A DNA stretch of 64,000 nt from Candidatus Obscuribacterales bacterium (GTDB taxonomy: Bacteria > Cyanobacteriota > Vampirovibrionia > Obscuribacterales > Obscuribacteraceae): contig CBDDIJ010000003.1 in assembly GCA_965228855.1 (NCBI GenBank), forward strand, positions 1,888,001 through 1,952,000, in the 5' to 3' direction. The notes beneath the pieces are model-generated. The model worked only from the letters and a program-made list of their open reading frames with translations, had not been told where the DNA came from and ran no database searches. The position numbers and the translations under genes are program-made. Position 1 is the stretch's first letter. Every line of letters starts with the position of its first letter. This document shows positions 51,251 through 60,953 of the stretch, piece after piece.

Positions 51251-51631
51251 TTAATCGCTGCGACACATCAGTTTTGAAACGGTCACGAGGATTCCAGGTT
51301 GCGTCACCAAGTATTGTCTGGAATTTATTTTGAACCTGAATTTGGACCCCCTAGTAACCATGTTGTGTCGAGTGATGCGAACGTGGCCAGTTGCTTCAAC
51401 TATCCGCGTTTTCTTATCGAAGGCAATTGTGTCCGCTTCGATTTTCGCACCCTGACCCGCGACCTGACCTTGAGCGTTTCCGAATGCGACCAAAATCTTT
51501 CCGTGCTCCTTGCGTTCTGTGCGATCAGCAGTGATCTCGAATAGTCGTTCTGACGCACTTTTGGCACATGCATGTTCGAAACAGAAACAGGTGAGGAGGA
51601 GCAATATGAGCAGATTCACGGAGTACTTCAC
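51251..51631 (-). CDS. Exported LptA/OstA-like beta-jellyroll protein
   Basis: Signal peptide; EITADR...AFGNA...KIEADTIAFD...VEATGHVRI...GSKFRFKI. Confidence 0.65.
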   Translation of the reverse strand: MKYSVNLLILLLLTCFCFEHACAKSASERLFEITADRTERKEHGKILVAFGNAQGQVAGQGAKIEADTIAFDKKTRIVEATGHVRITRHNMVTRGSKFRFKINSRQYLVTQPGILVTVSKLMCRSD

Positions 51632-51716
51632 GAACCACCTCGCAACACGAAGAATGTACGCATTTTACCTCGAATGCGTGACGGTCAGGACGATAGTGGA
51701 CGTCGGAAGTCGACAC

Positions 51717-52320
51717 TCACCTTCGATTGGGTTCGGACGGAGATGTTCCGCAATCGTCTGACACTGATCTAGGTGGTCGCCGTAAACATCGCAGCGCTTT
51801 CCTAAGTCTCGATTCTACGGAATGATAGCCCATCCGTCTTTCTATCTCCTCAGCGGTGAGCCTTCGACCGAACCTGTGGTGGAGAATGTCTCGATCAAAA
51901 GGTCGGACGAGTTCAGTAATCCTGTCAATCTCCGCTTGGTCTCCGTTCTGACAATAGGTTGCCAAATCCGACGGATCGATAGTTTCCACGCCCAACTCAT
52001 CCAGTCCCTTGAGTATGGCATCATCAAGGTCTTCGCTCACCTTTGCATAGAAAGATCTCTGCTTCTTACCGGCAGAAAAGGTATATTTTTGAACAGCCTC
52101 CACGAGTAAACTTTGAGCGGCATCAAACAGTTCCATAGTTACCCCAAGCGACCTGTATCTGAGTGCCGCTGAAACTGCAAGAGGAAGATGGCTAAGCACA
52201 AGTAGAGTTCTTGCGGCGTTCGCTTTAGCAGCGCCCGATTCCTCGAGATTTGCGCAAAATCCATTTCTTCAGCAATGGACTCAGAGGAATAGTTTCACGG
52301 TTCTTCTGTATCCCGAACAT
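51717..52320 (-). pseudogene. Degenerate, frameshifted sigma70-family sigma factor
   Basis: Region 2-like ARTLLVLSHLPLAVSAALRYRSLG...LVEAVQKY and region 4-like RDILHHRFG...LTAEEI...VESRLRKAL. The region 1.2-like ETIPLS / IAEEMDFA lies upstream in two other frames. Confidence 0.5.
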
Positions 52321-52514
52321 AGAACCAGATAGGGTGAGGCGGCCGCACCTACTTATGAGGTTTAGTGCCAAGTTCGCATCTAAAATCCTCTATCAAAAAG
52401 GCTTGAACTTGCAGCTTTCCGACACTAAATCTAGTGCCAAAAGCGGCTGCGGCGCTACAACAAATAACAATCGACCAGGCAAGGAGCGACGGGCATTTTG
52501 GCAGAGAGATAAGT

Positions 52515-53042
52515 TTATTCATCGGTTCTAATCTCCGCTGCGGCAAATTCGGCAAAGTCATCGCTTACTTGTTTGCGGCGCCGCTCATACTCTTGGAAGC
52601 GTTTCAAAAGAGAACTCTCTTTGCCCTCTGGAAGTTTGTTTTGCCGCTTCAGTATGCTAATTGCCTCTTTGCGCGTTTTTCCATCGTTGCACAGCACCCT
52701 GATTTGTTGAGCCATCTCTTCTGTGAAAAATATTTTGCACGGTCTGCCTGAGCTTGAATAAGTCCGATATCTCCCGCGAAGCGGCACTTTAATATCTGAA
52801 AAGTCAGAAAAGAGCAAGTTGGCTAAGTAAAGCGCGAGTTGAAGAAAATTATGATGCTCTGCTGGATGAATGTCGGCGAAATCTAGCAGACTAGCCATCC
52901 TTTGTGCTGCGCTTATTGAGTCCTCGGTAGTTTCACACCCGAAGTAACGCGTTAAAAATCTGATTTCAGAACGGCGGAAAGCATGATAGGTATTGGGGAT
53001 CCCAATCATTACGTCTCTATCATCGGGTGAATTAATTCGCAT
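52515..53042 (-). CDS. Hypothetical protein, possible C-terminal HTH
   Basis: 175-aa ORF with basic helical C-terminus; no family recognised. Confidence 0.5.
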   Translation of the reverse strand: MRINSPDDRDVMIGIPNTYHAFRRSEIRFLTRYFGCETTEDSISAAQRMASLLDFADIHPAEHHNFLQLALYLANLLFSDFSDIKVPLRGRYRTYSSSGRPCKIFFTEEMAQQIRVLCNDGKTRKEAISILKRQNKLPEGKESSLLKRFQEYERRRKQVSDDFAEFAAAEIRTDE

Positions 53043-53200
53043 TGGTCAGTCTCTGAAGGGTTTCTGATTGAAGTCTCTCGCAAATCTCGCGAACAAACAA
53101 CAGCTTGAATAAATTCGCGATTGACAGACTTTGCTTAGCTCATTACCGAGTTTTCTTAATATTGTTGCTTTTGCTGAATGACTTTGATAATATTGAAAGT

Positions 53201-53935
53201 ATGAAACTAAAAGCCGCAAACGACCGAATATCGGCATTAGGAAATACCACACGATTGGTGATTCTGAAACTCTTGAGAGTTCACTCAACTGGCCTTTCCG
53301 CAAGCGCAATAGCAGAGAAGCTGGAGATACCGGCTCCAACCCTGTCATTTCATATGAGTCAGTTGGAGAAAACGCGGTTAGTGAGCGCTAAACGACACGG
53401 ACGTTCGTTGCTTTACACCATAAACGCTGGTGGGTTGACAGAGTTGGCACAATTTCTGACAGAAATAATACCAGGAGATACCATGCAGAAGACGCTAAAG
53501 CCAGTAGTGGCTGTTTCAAGCAGATACTTGCCGTTGCCTTGTGCAACGTGCGGTGAGGACTTAATACCAGATGCGGGTCGCGCGATCATTGCTTTCGCCG
53601 AGACTTTTCGTCGCGAGGACAGACCGAAGGAGACTCACGGTGTTTACGTCTCTCATAAGGGCAAGTGTGATCAGATCATGCGAGCCCAGTGGGACAACCG
53701 GGAAACACTGACTGGGTGGTCGGAGTTGGAATCTTTTACGAGCCCACCGGGATTTTTGCGACTGTTACTTACGGAGCTAAATCAAAGGCAAAGGGGCGAT
53801 TTGTACACTGAAGAGGCTCATAAGCAGTTCAGAGACATCGCCATGTCTCTTTCTCAGCTGGCACTTCGAGAAATGAGCGAGACCGAGAGAGAACGCTTTC
53901 TTGAGGACCGAGAACTTGATTTTATGAGGTCTTAA
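53201..53935 (+). CDS. ArsR/SmtB-family HTH fused to an unknown Cys/His-containing domain
   Basis: ALGNTTRLVILKLL...IAEKLEIPAPTLSFHMSQLEKTRLV...GRSLLY; second domain has CATC and HKGKC; internal AGGAG-N5-ATG at 53483. Confidence 0.75.
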   Translation: MKLKAANDRISALGNTTRLVILKLLRVHSTGLSASAIAEKLEIPAPTLSFHMSQLEKTRLVSAKRHGRSLLYTINAGGLTELAQFLTEIIPGDTMQKTLKPVVAVSSRYLPLPCATCGEDLIPDAGRAIIAFAETFRREDRPKETHGVYVSHKGKCDQIMRAQWDNRETLTGWSELESFTSPPGFLRLLLTELNQRQRGDLYTEEAHKQFRDIAMSLSQLALREMSETERERFLEDRELDFMRS

Positions 53936-54322
53936 GCGAAGCGCGACGACGCAGCGCCGCTGAATCTTGGCACCTATAAGAACCTTCGGTATTAAAGCGC
54001 ATGTGCAGGCGACTCCAATTTATATCGACTACTGGGAGTCCGCTCAGAGTGCACAATCAGTTTCCGGACTTGCAACGAAATTGAACCTGGGGCACATTCG
54101 CTATACCTGGTATTACCTTTGGTATCATCACCTTTTCCCCTTGTTCGGAAGAAACAATTTGACCGGATCGCCTTTATCTGGAAACTTTAGGTCAAATTTC
54201 CACGCCTCACAAGCACAAGGAGAGAAGCTAGCTGCGCGGAGTCGAGCAAGGACAGCGCAGTCTATCATTTGAGGTAAAGTGTTGGGTGTTTCAAGCGCAG
54301 AAGTGTGCCAAGGAATATTAGC

Positions 54323-55486
54323 TTACTCATCTACGTGCACTTCAAATCGAGTTGGCATCATAATCACCCAGAACCTTCCTCGCTTTTCCATCACTCCAAC
54401 CACCGTCACAATTTGTCCATCTCGATGAGCATCACACGCGAGGTGATAGTCATCTGCTTGAAGAAAGACACGGATGTTGATGATTCGGTCTTCTCGCGCG
54501 AAGTAGCCCGATAACGTCACGACCCTGTCCTGATGCGAATCTTCGGGATCCTTCTGAACCTCTCGGTCTTCAGATTCTTGGAGCCTTAGCTGAGTTATCG
54601 AGCCGGTAATTCTAACCAATTCTGGTCTCAGCGCTGGTCGGAGTGCAGTAGCCGCCATTGACAAATATCTCACAGTAGAGTGAGAGACTTTAATCGCACC
54701 GACGGAAGCGACGGAATCAGATGGGGCAAGGTCGGACGCCCATGAAGTACGAAATTCAAATCCTTCAGCATCGGCGACTGAGACCATTTCTACGATGGCA
54801 TCGCACATATTTGCATTCAGACCAGTCGCGTAATTCGCAATAATTGGTCCAGGGTCCTGTTGCGCCCTAGCGAGGTCAGCTTGTGCAAGACCTCGTGTAA
54901 TTCTCTCAACGACTCGCCGAGAGAACGGAATCGCTTTTTCTAACGGTAAAACCGGCAACGTGAGTTGACCGACATCGACGGGCGACTCTACGGTAAATCC
55001 CATGCTCCCCGAAAATGTTTGACCAAATCGACAATAACCCGCATGTGTTATTCCGATCGCAGACAACTTAACAAAGTGCGGTCGAGGAACAGCTTCCACA
55101 GTTGCTGCGCAAGACACTAATTCGGTCAACTGTTCGATAATTGTCGATGCAACATTGAGCGGCACGCTATCTTTTTTCTGCATAACTCGAACTCGAAATA
55201 TATCCAAGTCCTGTGCCACCATATCAGCCACTACATCTTCTGGCTTTCGGTGGGTCGTAACAGACAGTAGCTCAACAATTCCGCTCAGTCGTTCGATCCA
55301 ATCGAGAACATCATCGCTAGTGGGAAAGACTATAGTAAGTGGATTTCCTCGGTCGTCGTTTGGTCCACTAAACGTCAGTAGATTCTTGTTTTTTGATTTG
55401 ACGCGCTCCCACCCATTCCGTTCCAAGTAAGTCACAGCCTGGGATACAGAAATCTTTGTCAGCAATGTTTGATTTAAACCGACCAT
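54323..55486 (-). CDS. Hypothetical protein, coupled to the DUF4365 gene
   Basis: 387-aa ORF whose start overlaps the upstream stop; YLERNGW N-terminus; GSMGFTVESP core; OB-like C-terminus (YHLACDAHRDGQIVTVVG). Confidence 0.75.
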   Translation of the reverse strand: MVGLNQTLLTKISVSQAVTYLERNGWERVKSKNKNLLTFSGPNDDRGNPLTIVFPTSDDVLDWIERLSGIVELLSVTTHRKPEDVVADMVAQDLDIFRVRVMQKKDSVPLNVASTIIEQLTELVSCAATVEAVPRPHFVKLSAIGITHAGYCRFGQTFSGSMGFTVESPVDVGQLTLPVLPLEKAIPFSRRVVERITRGLAQADLARAQQDPGPIIANYATGLNANMCDAIVEMVSVADAEGFEFRTSWASDLAPSDSVASVGAIKVSHSTVRYLSMAATALRPALRPELVRITGSITQLRLQESEDREVQKDPEDSHQDRVVTLSGYFAREDRIINIRVFLQADDYHLACDAHRDGQIVTVVGVMEKRGRFWVIMMPTRFEVHVDE

Positions 55487-56004
55487 TAGACTACTACCCC
55501 ATCCTTTACCAACTCGATTAGGTTTAGAAGCCCTTCAGGCGTAAGCTGATTAGCCTTAGGAAGGTGAACGACCTGCGTTCCTTCGTTCGGAGATTTCTCT
55601 CCGGTGATAGACTGCCAATAGCAACTATATCGTAGAAGAACCTCTTGTGCTGAATGTGTTATCCACTCGGGTTTAAGTTCTGGCAAGTGCAGAACAATCA
55701 ACACACACGGAGTACCTCGACCTTGACGGTCAATCAAATAATTATAGGTCTGCACGTCAAGGTCGTATGCGATAACATCCTGGTTTCGAAGTTCTCGACA
55801 ATTGATTGACGCCTTCAACTGAAAATGAACGCAATGACCACTCTCTCGAAGCTTGCCTTCAATCATTGAGACTTCATGGAAAGAACCGTCCACACCGTAG
55901 TCAAAATTGTGTGCGAAATTGAAATTTATCCCCGCAGCTGATGCGACAGCCGCTACATGCGCGATACTGAGACCTTCCTCCATGTGCTGATAAGTTATTG
56001 CCAT
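55486..56004 (-). CDS. DUF4365-like PD-(D/E)xK nuclease-fold protein
   Basis: Start ATG 56004 with GGAGG; EEGLSIAHVAAVA, DYGVDG, FQLKAS, YDLDVQTYN, YW.S, P..N.LT. Confidence 0.75.
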   Translation of the reverse strand: MAITYQHMEEGLSIAHVAAVASAAGINFNFAHNFDYGVDGSFHEVSMIEGKLRESGHCVHFQLKASINCRELRNQDVIAYDLDVQTYNYLIDRQGRGTPCVLIVLHLPELKPEWITHSAQEVLLRYSCYWQSITGEKSPNEGTQVVHLPKANQLTPEGLLNLIELVKDGVVV

Positions 56005-56184
56005 GCGCCTCCAGAAGGAACGGAAGAAATGGTTATTCGCTTGAAAATTTTCCCAAGTTGTCAGATTACGAATCAGAAGCGTCACTCAAGCAAAGCTGAG
56101 CAATATGAGCAAGTAGCACTTACATTGCACTTCCAGATAAAAAAATGGATATCTGGGCGACTCCCAAAACCCTTGCTGAAAAAC

Positions 56185-56222
56185 AACCCTCCGAGAGATT
56201 CGAACTCCCGACACCCTCCTTA
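56185..56222 (-). repeat. att-site direct repeat: copy of the tRNA-Arg 3' half
   Basis: AACCCTCCGAGAGATTCGAACTCCCGACACCCTCCTTA matches 61539-61576 at 37/38 nt. Confidence 0.92.
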
Positions 56223-56419
56223 AGACTGACGAAGTTTACCATTTCTCCACTGTTTCCCAAACACTCTCTGTGTTTATAATGGCGCAGCCAATGAGCGTCT
56301 TCGGAACTTTCGGTCTAATCGAAAGTCACTTCTAATACCTCAACTTTCATGTCCTAGGTAGGGCTGGAGACCAGAAATGAATCCAGTAATATCATTTAGC
56401 TTCCGGCTCAGCGCCTTAG

Positions 56420-57623
56420 ATGATCTATCTTGCCCAGCTGGACAAAGACATCTGCGCGTCATGGACAAAGGTCCAAGGTCTCGGTCTGCTAGTTCGACCG
56501 TCCGGCGCAAAAACCTATATCTATTATCGACGCTTGCCGGACAACAATGAGTCGCCGAGAAAGATCTGCGAATTGACGATCGGAAGATATGTCGATGTCA
56601 CCATAGAGCAAGCGAGAAAACGAGCGACCGAGATGAATCACGCTGCGGGTCTCGGAAAAGATCCAAGCAAAACGATGCCGCAGTCACCAACCTACGGATA
56701 TCTGTTTGCGAGATACATTGAGGACTATGCCAGCCTTCACAACTCAACGTGGCGAGAAGCAGAGAAAAACTTCAAGAGATATTTTTCTACATTCGCAAGT
56801 ATTTCTACATCATCGATCTCATGCGGATCGGGGGGGGCGGCTTCATCCGGAATACACAAAGGAAATAACCCTTGTGTCGTCGTAAGCACGTCCAAAACTC
56901 TTGCACGCGAGAGATTTCTGCAACCCGGCGACGAATATAAAAGATTTGCAGAAGCTCTCGTCGACGAGCCAAACGAGTCGCTACGCGATTTCTTATGGAT
57001 GTGTTTGTTTACTGGAGCTCGCTGCTCGAATGTTCTGAGTATGCTATGAGAAAATATCAATTTTGATCTTCAACATTGGCGCATTCCACTTACCAAAAGT
57101 GGAAATTCTCAGACAATTCCGCTGACATTAAATGCAATGCGAATTCTGAGAACACGCAAAACGTCTGCCGATGCGCATGATGTCTGGGTATTTCCTTTTG
57201 ACCGAAAAGGCTGGAAAACAAAGGAACTCGGGCACCTAACCTCGCCCTGGAAAGCATTTTTAAAGAATAATCCAACGGGCTGGAATTTCGTATTTTAGAA
57301 TCCACGATCTTCGGCGCACCGCTGGCAGTTACATGGCTATTCAAAACGTCAGTCCAACGATCATCAGAAAAGCGCTTGGGCACAGGTCTCCACAATCAAC
57401 GGCAATCTATGCTCTCTTAACTCAAGATCCAGTTCGAGAAGCACTCGAAAACGCACAAGCAGCTTCAGAAAATTCTGGGAAGCTGTTGGATTTAAAACCG
57501 CGAGGCGGAAGAATTTGGAGACCTAAAGGCTCAGAGCAGAGCGTTTTAGAAACTGCTCTACATAAACTTTGGCATAAAGATCCGATGCAACGCGTTTACC
57601 AAGACCGTGATATTATCCAGTAA
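56420..57623 (+). pseudogene. Tyrosine recombinase/integrase (P4-like, arm-binding N-domain), disrupted
   Basis: GLGLLVRPSGAKTY...TIGRY...EQARKRA arm domain; LFTGARCSNV; premature TGA at 57047-49 (ML*ENI, where Trp is expected); the frame continues to TKSG...VFP, then shifts to RIHDLRRT...LGHRS...TAIYA. Confidence 0.88.
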
Positions 57624-57717
57624 ATGCGCCAACTTCTTTTGACTTTAGACGGAAAGGGAACTGTAGAATTAAATGCAGGCGTTTTAGGCGCGGAATTTTT
57701 TCCAGCTTGTAATAGAA

Positions 57718-58044
57718 ATGGTTTCCGACGCGTTGAAAACGATAAATGTGGAAACCGGTCCAGGTTTCCTCTCCGTTGAAGACGAAAATGGATACGTGCA
57801 GGTCGCTGGAGATGGTCGGGAATTCGTCGTTGAATGGAGCGAATTTCACGGAGACGAAACGACGCTATATGCTGCGGGCAAACTGAATGGTGACACCGCT
57901 GATTCCGAATTTCGCGCTCTTCATGGAACTATCAGCATAAAAGAACGCGAACGCCTGAACCTTAGCAGCGCAGCCTTCATCTGCTCAGAATTTGTTGAGC
58001 AAAGAGTTCGACCGGACAGTTATACTTGGCGTGAAATTATTTGA
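57718..58044 (+). CDS. Small hypothetical protein resembling polymorphic-toxin immunity proteins (Imm1-like)
   Basis: 108 aa, acidic; C-terminal A..I..EF....VRP.SYTWRE pattern. Confidence 0.5.
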   Translation: MVSDALKTINVETGPGFLSVEDENGYVQVAGDGREFVVEWSEFHGDETTLYAAGKLNGDTADSEFRALHGTISIKERERLNLSSAAFICSEFVEQRVRPDSYTWREII

Positions 58045-58212
58045 GTCCACGTACTACTCGCCGACAGGTCCTCACCCACTTCACATGACCAGCCCCGAAT
58101 GCGATTACCAGGTATTACCTGTGGTGCAGCGTTTCAACGCTAATGCGAGAGCAGGTAAAAACTCTCACTCAGCGAGGGTTGCCAGAAGCTTTCGCCGGGT
58201 ATAATGCTCGTG

Positions 58213-58437
58213 ATGATTCCAATTCCCGACGACTGCTACTTGCACTCATGCGAATCGCTAGGATTTGTTTATGGAAGCAAACGCTGGAAGGATGGCAATG
58301 GACACTTACTCACCTGGGATAGTCAGCACGGTGAGATTGAAGTGTTCAATGCGAGAGGCAGACATCTAGGAGCCGCAAACGCTGTGACAGGAGTCATTTA
58401 CAAACCACCAACCAAAACGCATAGGATAAAGGTTTAG
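58213..58437 (+). CDS. Stand-alone colicin E3/cloacin-like cytotoxic RNase domain (alternative start 58204)
   Basis: KRWKD...TWDSQHGEIEVFNARGRHLG...TG matches the colicin E3 catalytic segment (WDSQHGELE...HLG) with D/H/E intact; TATAAT at 58200-58205 lies 7 nt before ATG 58213. Confidence 0.82.
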   Translation: MIPIPDDCYLHSCESLGFVYGSKRWKDGNGHLLTWDSQHGEIEVFNARGRHLGAANAVTGVIYKPPTKTHRIKV

Positions 58438-58458
58438 CTCTACTTCGGGGTTAACAAC

Positions 58459-58791
58459 ATGGCTAAATCAGTCAAGGAAAACTTTTTTGAATTGTACTCC
58501 CAGGGCAGAGCTCTGGCAGACGAAGCCGACGACTACATCGATGAATGGCACGAATCTGGTGAAGAAGTCACTTGTGAGCTGCACGAATTCCTTGGTCTAA
58601 AATGGAACGAATATCAAGCATTCGTTTCTGACCCGACAGTCTTACCACTAATTCTAAAGTCGCGAAACGAACACAGACCACTAAACAACGTCATTGAGCT
58701 TGCAATGAAGGAAGACGACCGAATTGCGGCTCGGGCACAAGATATAACGATACTTCGGAACTGGCTGTTAGAGCAAAGAAGCCAGTCTTGA
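58459..58791 (+). CDS. Small acidic helical protein, candidate antitoxin/immunity protein
   Basis: 110 aa, 21 nt after the toxin; acidic DEADDYIDEWHE...LHEFLGL..NEY. Confidence 0.65.
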   Translation: MAKSVKENFFELYSQGRALADEADDYIDEWHESGEEVTCELHEFLGLKWNEYQAFVSDPTVLPLILKSRNEHRPLNNVIELAMKEDDRIAARAQDITILRNWLLEQRSQS

Positions 58792-59792
58792 GTGATATCA
58801 CTTCAGTCGAGTTAAACCTGGCGAGACATATTTCTCGACGTTTTAAACTCACGCCTCCTCTCACTCATACACTGCTAAACGTCGTTGAATATTTTGCAGA
58901 CGTGGAGATAGGCGATCTTCCGGTTAAGGTGGACGGCGCCTGCCTTAAGCGCCAAGGCGAACGACCTACAATTCTTATCAACAAAAGACAAATTGAAACG
59001 CGCAAGTTGTTCACATTGGCTCACGAGTTCGGTCACGTGTTAATCCCAACCCACTATGGAACCATTGTAGATGAATTCGTTGATGGTTTCGATTATTCGC
59101 CAACAGAAGCGCAAGCAAACCGATTTGCATCTGAGTTATTGTTGCCCCTTGCTTGGGCGAAGCAGTTTGTAGAAACAACGGACGAACCCGGGAAGTTGCT
59201 AACGACCATATCTAAGCGAGCGAAGGTTTCATTATCCTGCGCGGCGTACAGGCTACCAGACATCCTTGGCACAGGATATGTGTTTGCCGAAATCTCAAAC
59301 GACAATAGGATTAAGGGCGCAATATCCACTACCTATAAAATTGCTGCGCCACAGCGAGGCGCGATAGTCAGGGAGCCGGAATCTCGCTACAAGACCGCGA
59401 CAAAGCAATGGTCCTTCAAACGTGAAGATAGCACTTATTGGTGGTGGCAATTTGATACCGCAAGCCCCTTGGTCAAGAAGATAGAAACAGCATCAGACAT
59501 ACTACGAGATATCTTCAATGACTGCGGAGTTCCAGAAGAAGCCAAGCAATCGCTTCGTGGCTCAATTGGCGGAGTAACCGGCGGCAGCGTAAAACGTGAC
59601 GAATCCGCCGAACAAGGAGCCTCTCGTATCAAGGAGGCATTTGTCCGAAAGGCAAAAGTTATTCCGAACTACGAAGACAAAAACAGGGTTCATTACCAAA
59701 ATATCCTCAGACATCCTCGATTTGAGGAGTATTCAAAATTAGTAGCATCAGAGCTAATTGCCAAAGCTTATTGGATTGCGAAGAGTGACTGA
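58788..59792 (+). CDS. ImmA/IrrE-family zinc metallopeptidase with C-terminal extension
   Basis: VDGAC, ILINK, FTLAHEFGH (HExxH), EAQANRFASELLLP, AKVSLSCAAYR; TTG start overlaps the upstream TGA. Confidence 0.88.
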   Translation: MSDITSVELNLARHISRRFKLTPPLTHTLLNVVEYFADVEIGDLPVKVDGACLKRQGERPTILINKRQIETRKLFTLAHEFGHVLIPTHYGTIVDEFVDGFDYSPTEAQANRFASELLLPLAWAKQFVETTDEPGKLLTTISKRAKVSLSCAAYRLPDILGTGYVFAEISNDNRIKGAISTTYKIAAPQRGAIVREPESRYKTATKQWSFKREDSTYWWWQFDTASPLVKKIETASDILRDIFNDCGVPEEAKQSLRGSIGGVTGGSVKRDESAEQGASRIKEAFVRKAKVIPNYEDKNRVHYQNILRHPRFEEYSKLVASELIAKAYWIAKSD

Positions 59793-60446
59793 CTGAGACA
59801 AGAACTATTTCTTTGTCCTGCATGAAGTTTTTGGACTGCCTTCAGAGCGATCTCCAGTTCTCGCAAAAAAATCCGGGTCTGCTCCCATTGAATGGACTTT
59901 GAGCAGCGTACATATCGCCTCGTTGAATTCCGCTGTTTTACTTAAGCAGCGGATCCATACTGACAGCAATCATAAAGAGCAGATTCTATGTCGCTGTGTC
60001 GCTGGCGAATTACTCCATAGTTATTGATTGATCTCGATGTCCGACCTTAGCCCCTTTCACACGCACTCCTGAAGTCCGAAAAATCAACTCACTGCACATT
60101 CGCGTCATCACGACGGATGCGCATTGACAGTACGTCTAGAGGGCAACACACTGCGAATCGATAGAAAACTTTGTAGACGATCTGCCAACGCGCATCACTC
60201 CCGGAAGAACTAGAGAGATTTCGATTGTTTGAATTTATTTTGTCAGGACAGGATAAAGAATGTCGGCACGAGTGCCGAAATCAGCCATCAGCAAGGCTTC
60301 CGCTGTCGACAACGTCAAATCAGTTGTCGACAAGTACCTCTAAACCATCAGCGATTGACATTCCAGCAGCAGACGGTGAAGTGCAATTGATAGAATTGAG
60401 ACATCTTCGAAGCGAGAATAATCAGATGACTTGCGCTTGTCTCAGC

Positions 60447-60902
60447 ATGGATACCTTGCTCGACTACATCGAGCGATACCACTCATCAACACCCGCCTCG
60501 GTGAATGCTTCCGTCTGTGAAGACTTCGAGAGAAACTTTGGACGAATGCCCACGGACTTGGAGTATTTGTACTCTCAATGTGCATCGCTCTCTCTCTTTA
60601 ACGATAAAGTTGTGATACTTCCGTTAAGCGATCTCTCCTGGGCGAACGAGGCGGTTTTCGGTAAAAATCATACCAATCAGTTCTCGACGACCTGCGTCGC
60701 ATTCTGCAGATTTGATACTGGCGGCTACGTGGGCTACGAATTGCCACCGACGGGCTCAGCGAATACCTCCTTTAAGGATCTCGATTCGTTTTTCGAGAAC
60801 GAACCAACGACTATCAGCCGATGTTTGACAAATTTTCTCACAAACTTACTGGTGTCAGAGGGAGAACTCTTTTGGCTTGATCCAGGCTACAAACATCATT
60901 AG
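60447..60902 (+). CDS. SMI1/KNR4 (SUKH)-like immunity protein
   Basis: PAS...CEDFERNFGRMPTDLEYLY...LF, IL-PL, AFCRFDTGGYVGY, ISRCLTNFL; start 60426 or 60447. Confidence 0.6.
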   Translation: MDTLLDYIERYHSSTPASVNASVCEDFERNFGRMPTDLEYLYSQCASLSLFNDKVVILPLSDLSWANEAVFGKNHTNQFSTTCVAFCRFDTGGYVGYELPPTGSANTSFKDLDSFFENEPTTISRCLTNFLTNLLVSEGELFWLDPGYKHH

Positions 60903-60953
60903 ATACTTACTCGATTGCTTTTTCGACAAGCAATTCACCACGTCGAGGTAATT

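Noticed and set aside
57047..57049. In-frame TGA in the integrase as a second Sec or read-through site
   Set aside because: It falls where Trp is expected (TGG to TGA), I see no SECIS-like hairpin, and the gene has an independent frameshift; this is ordinary decay.
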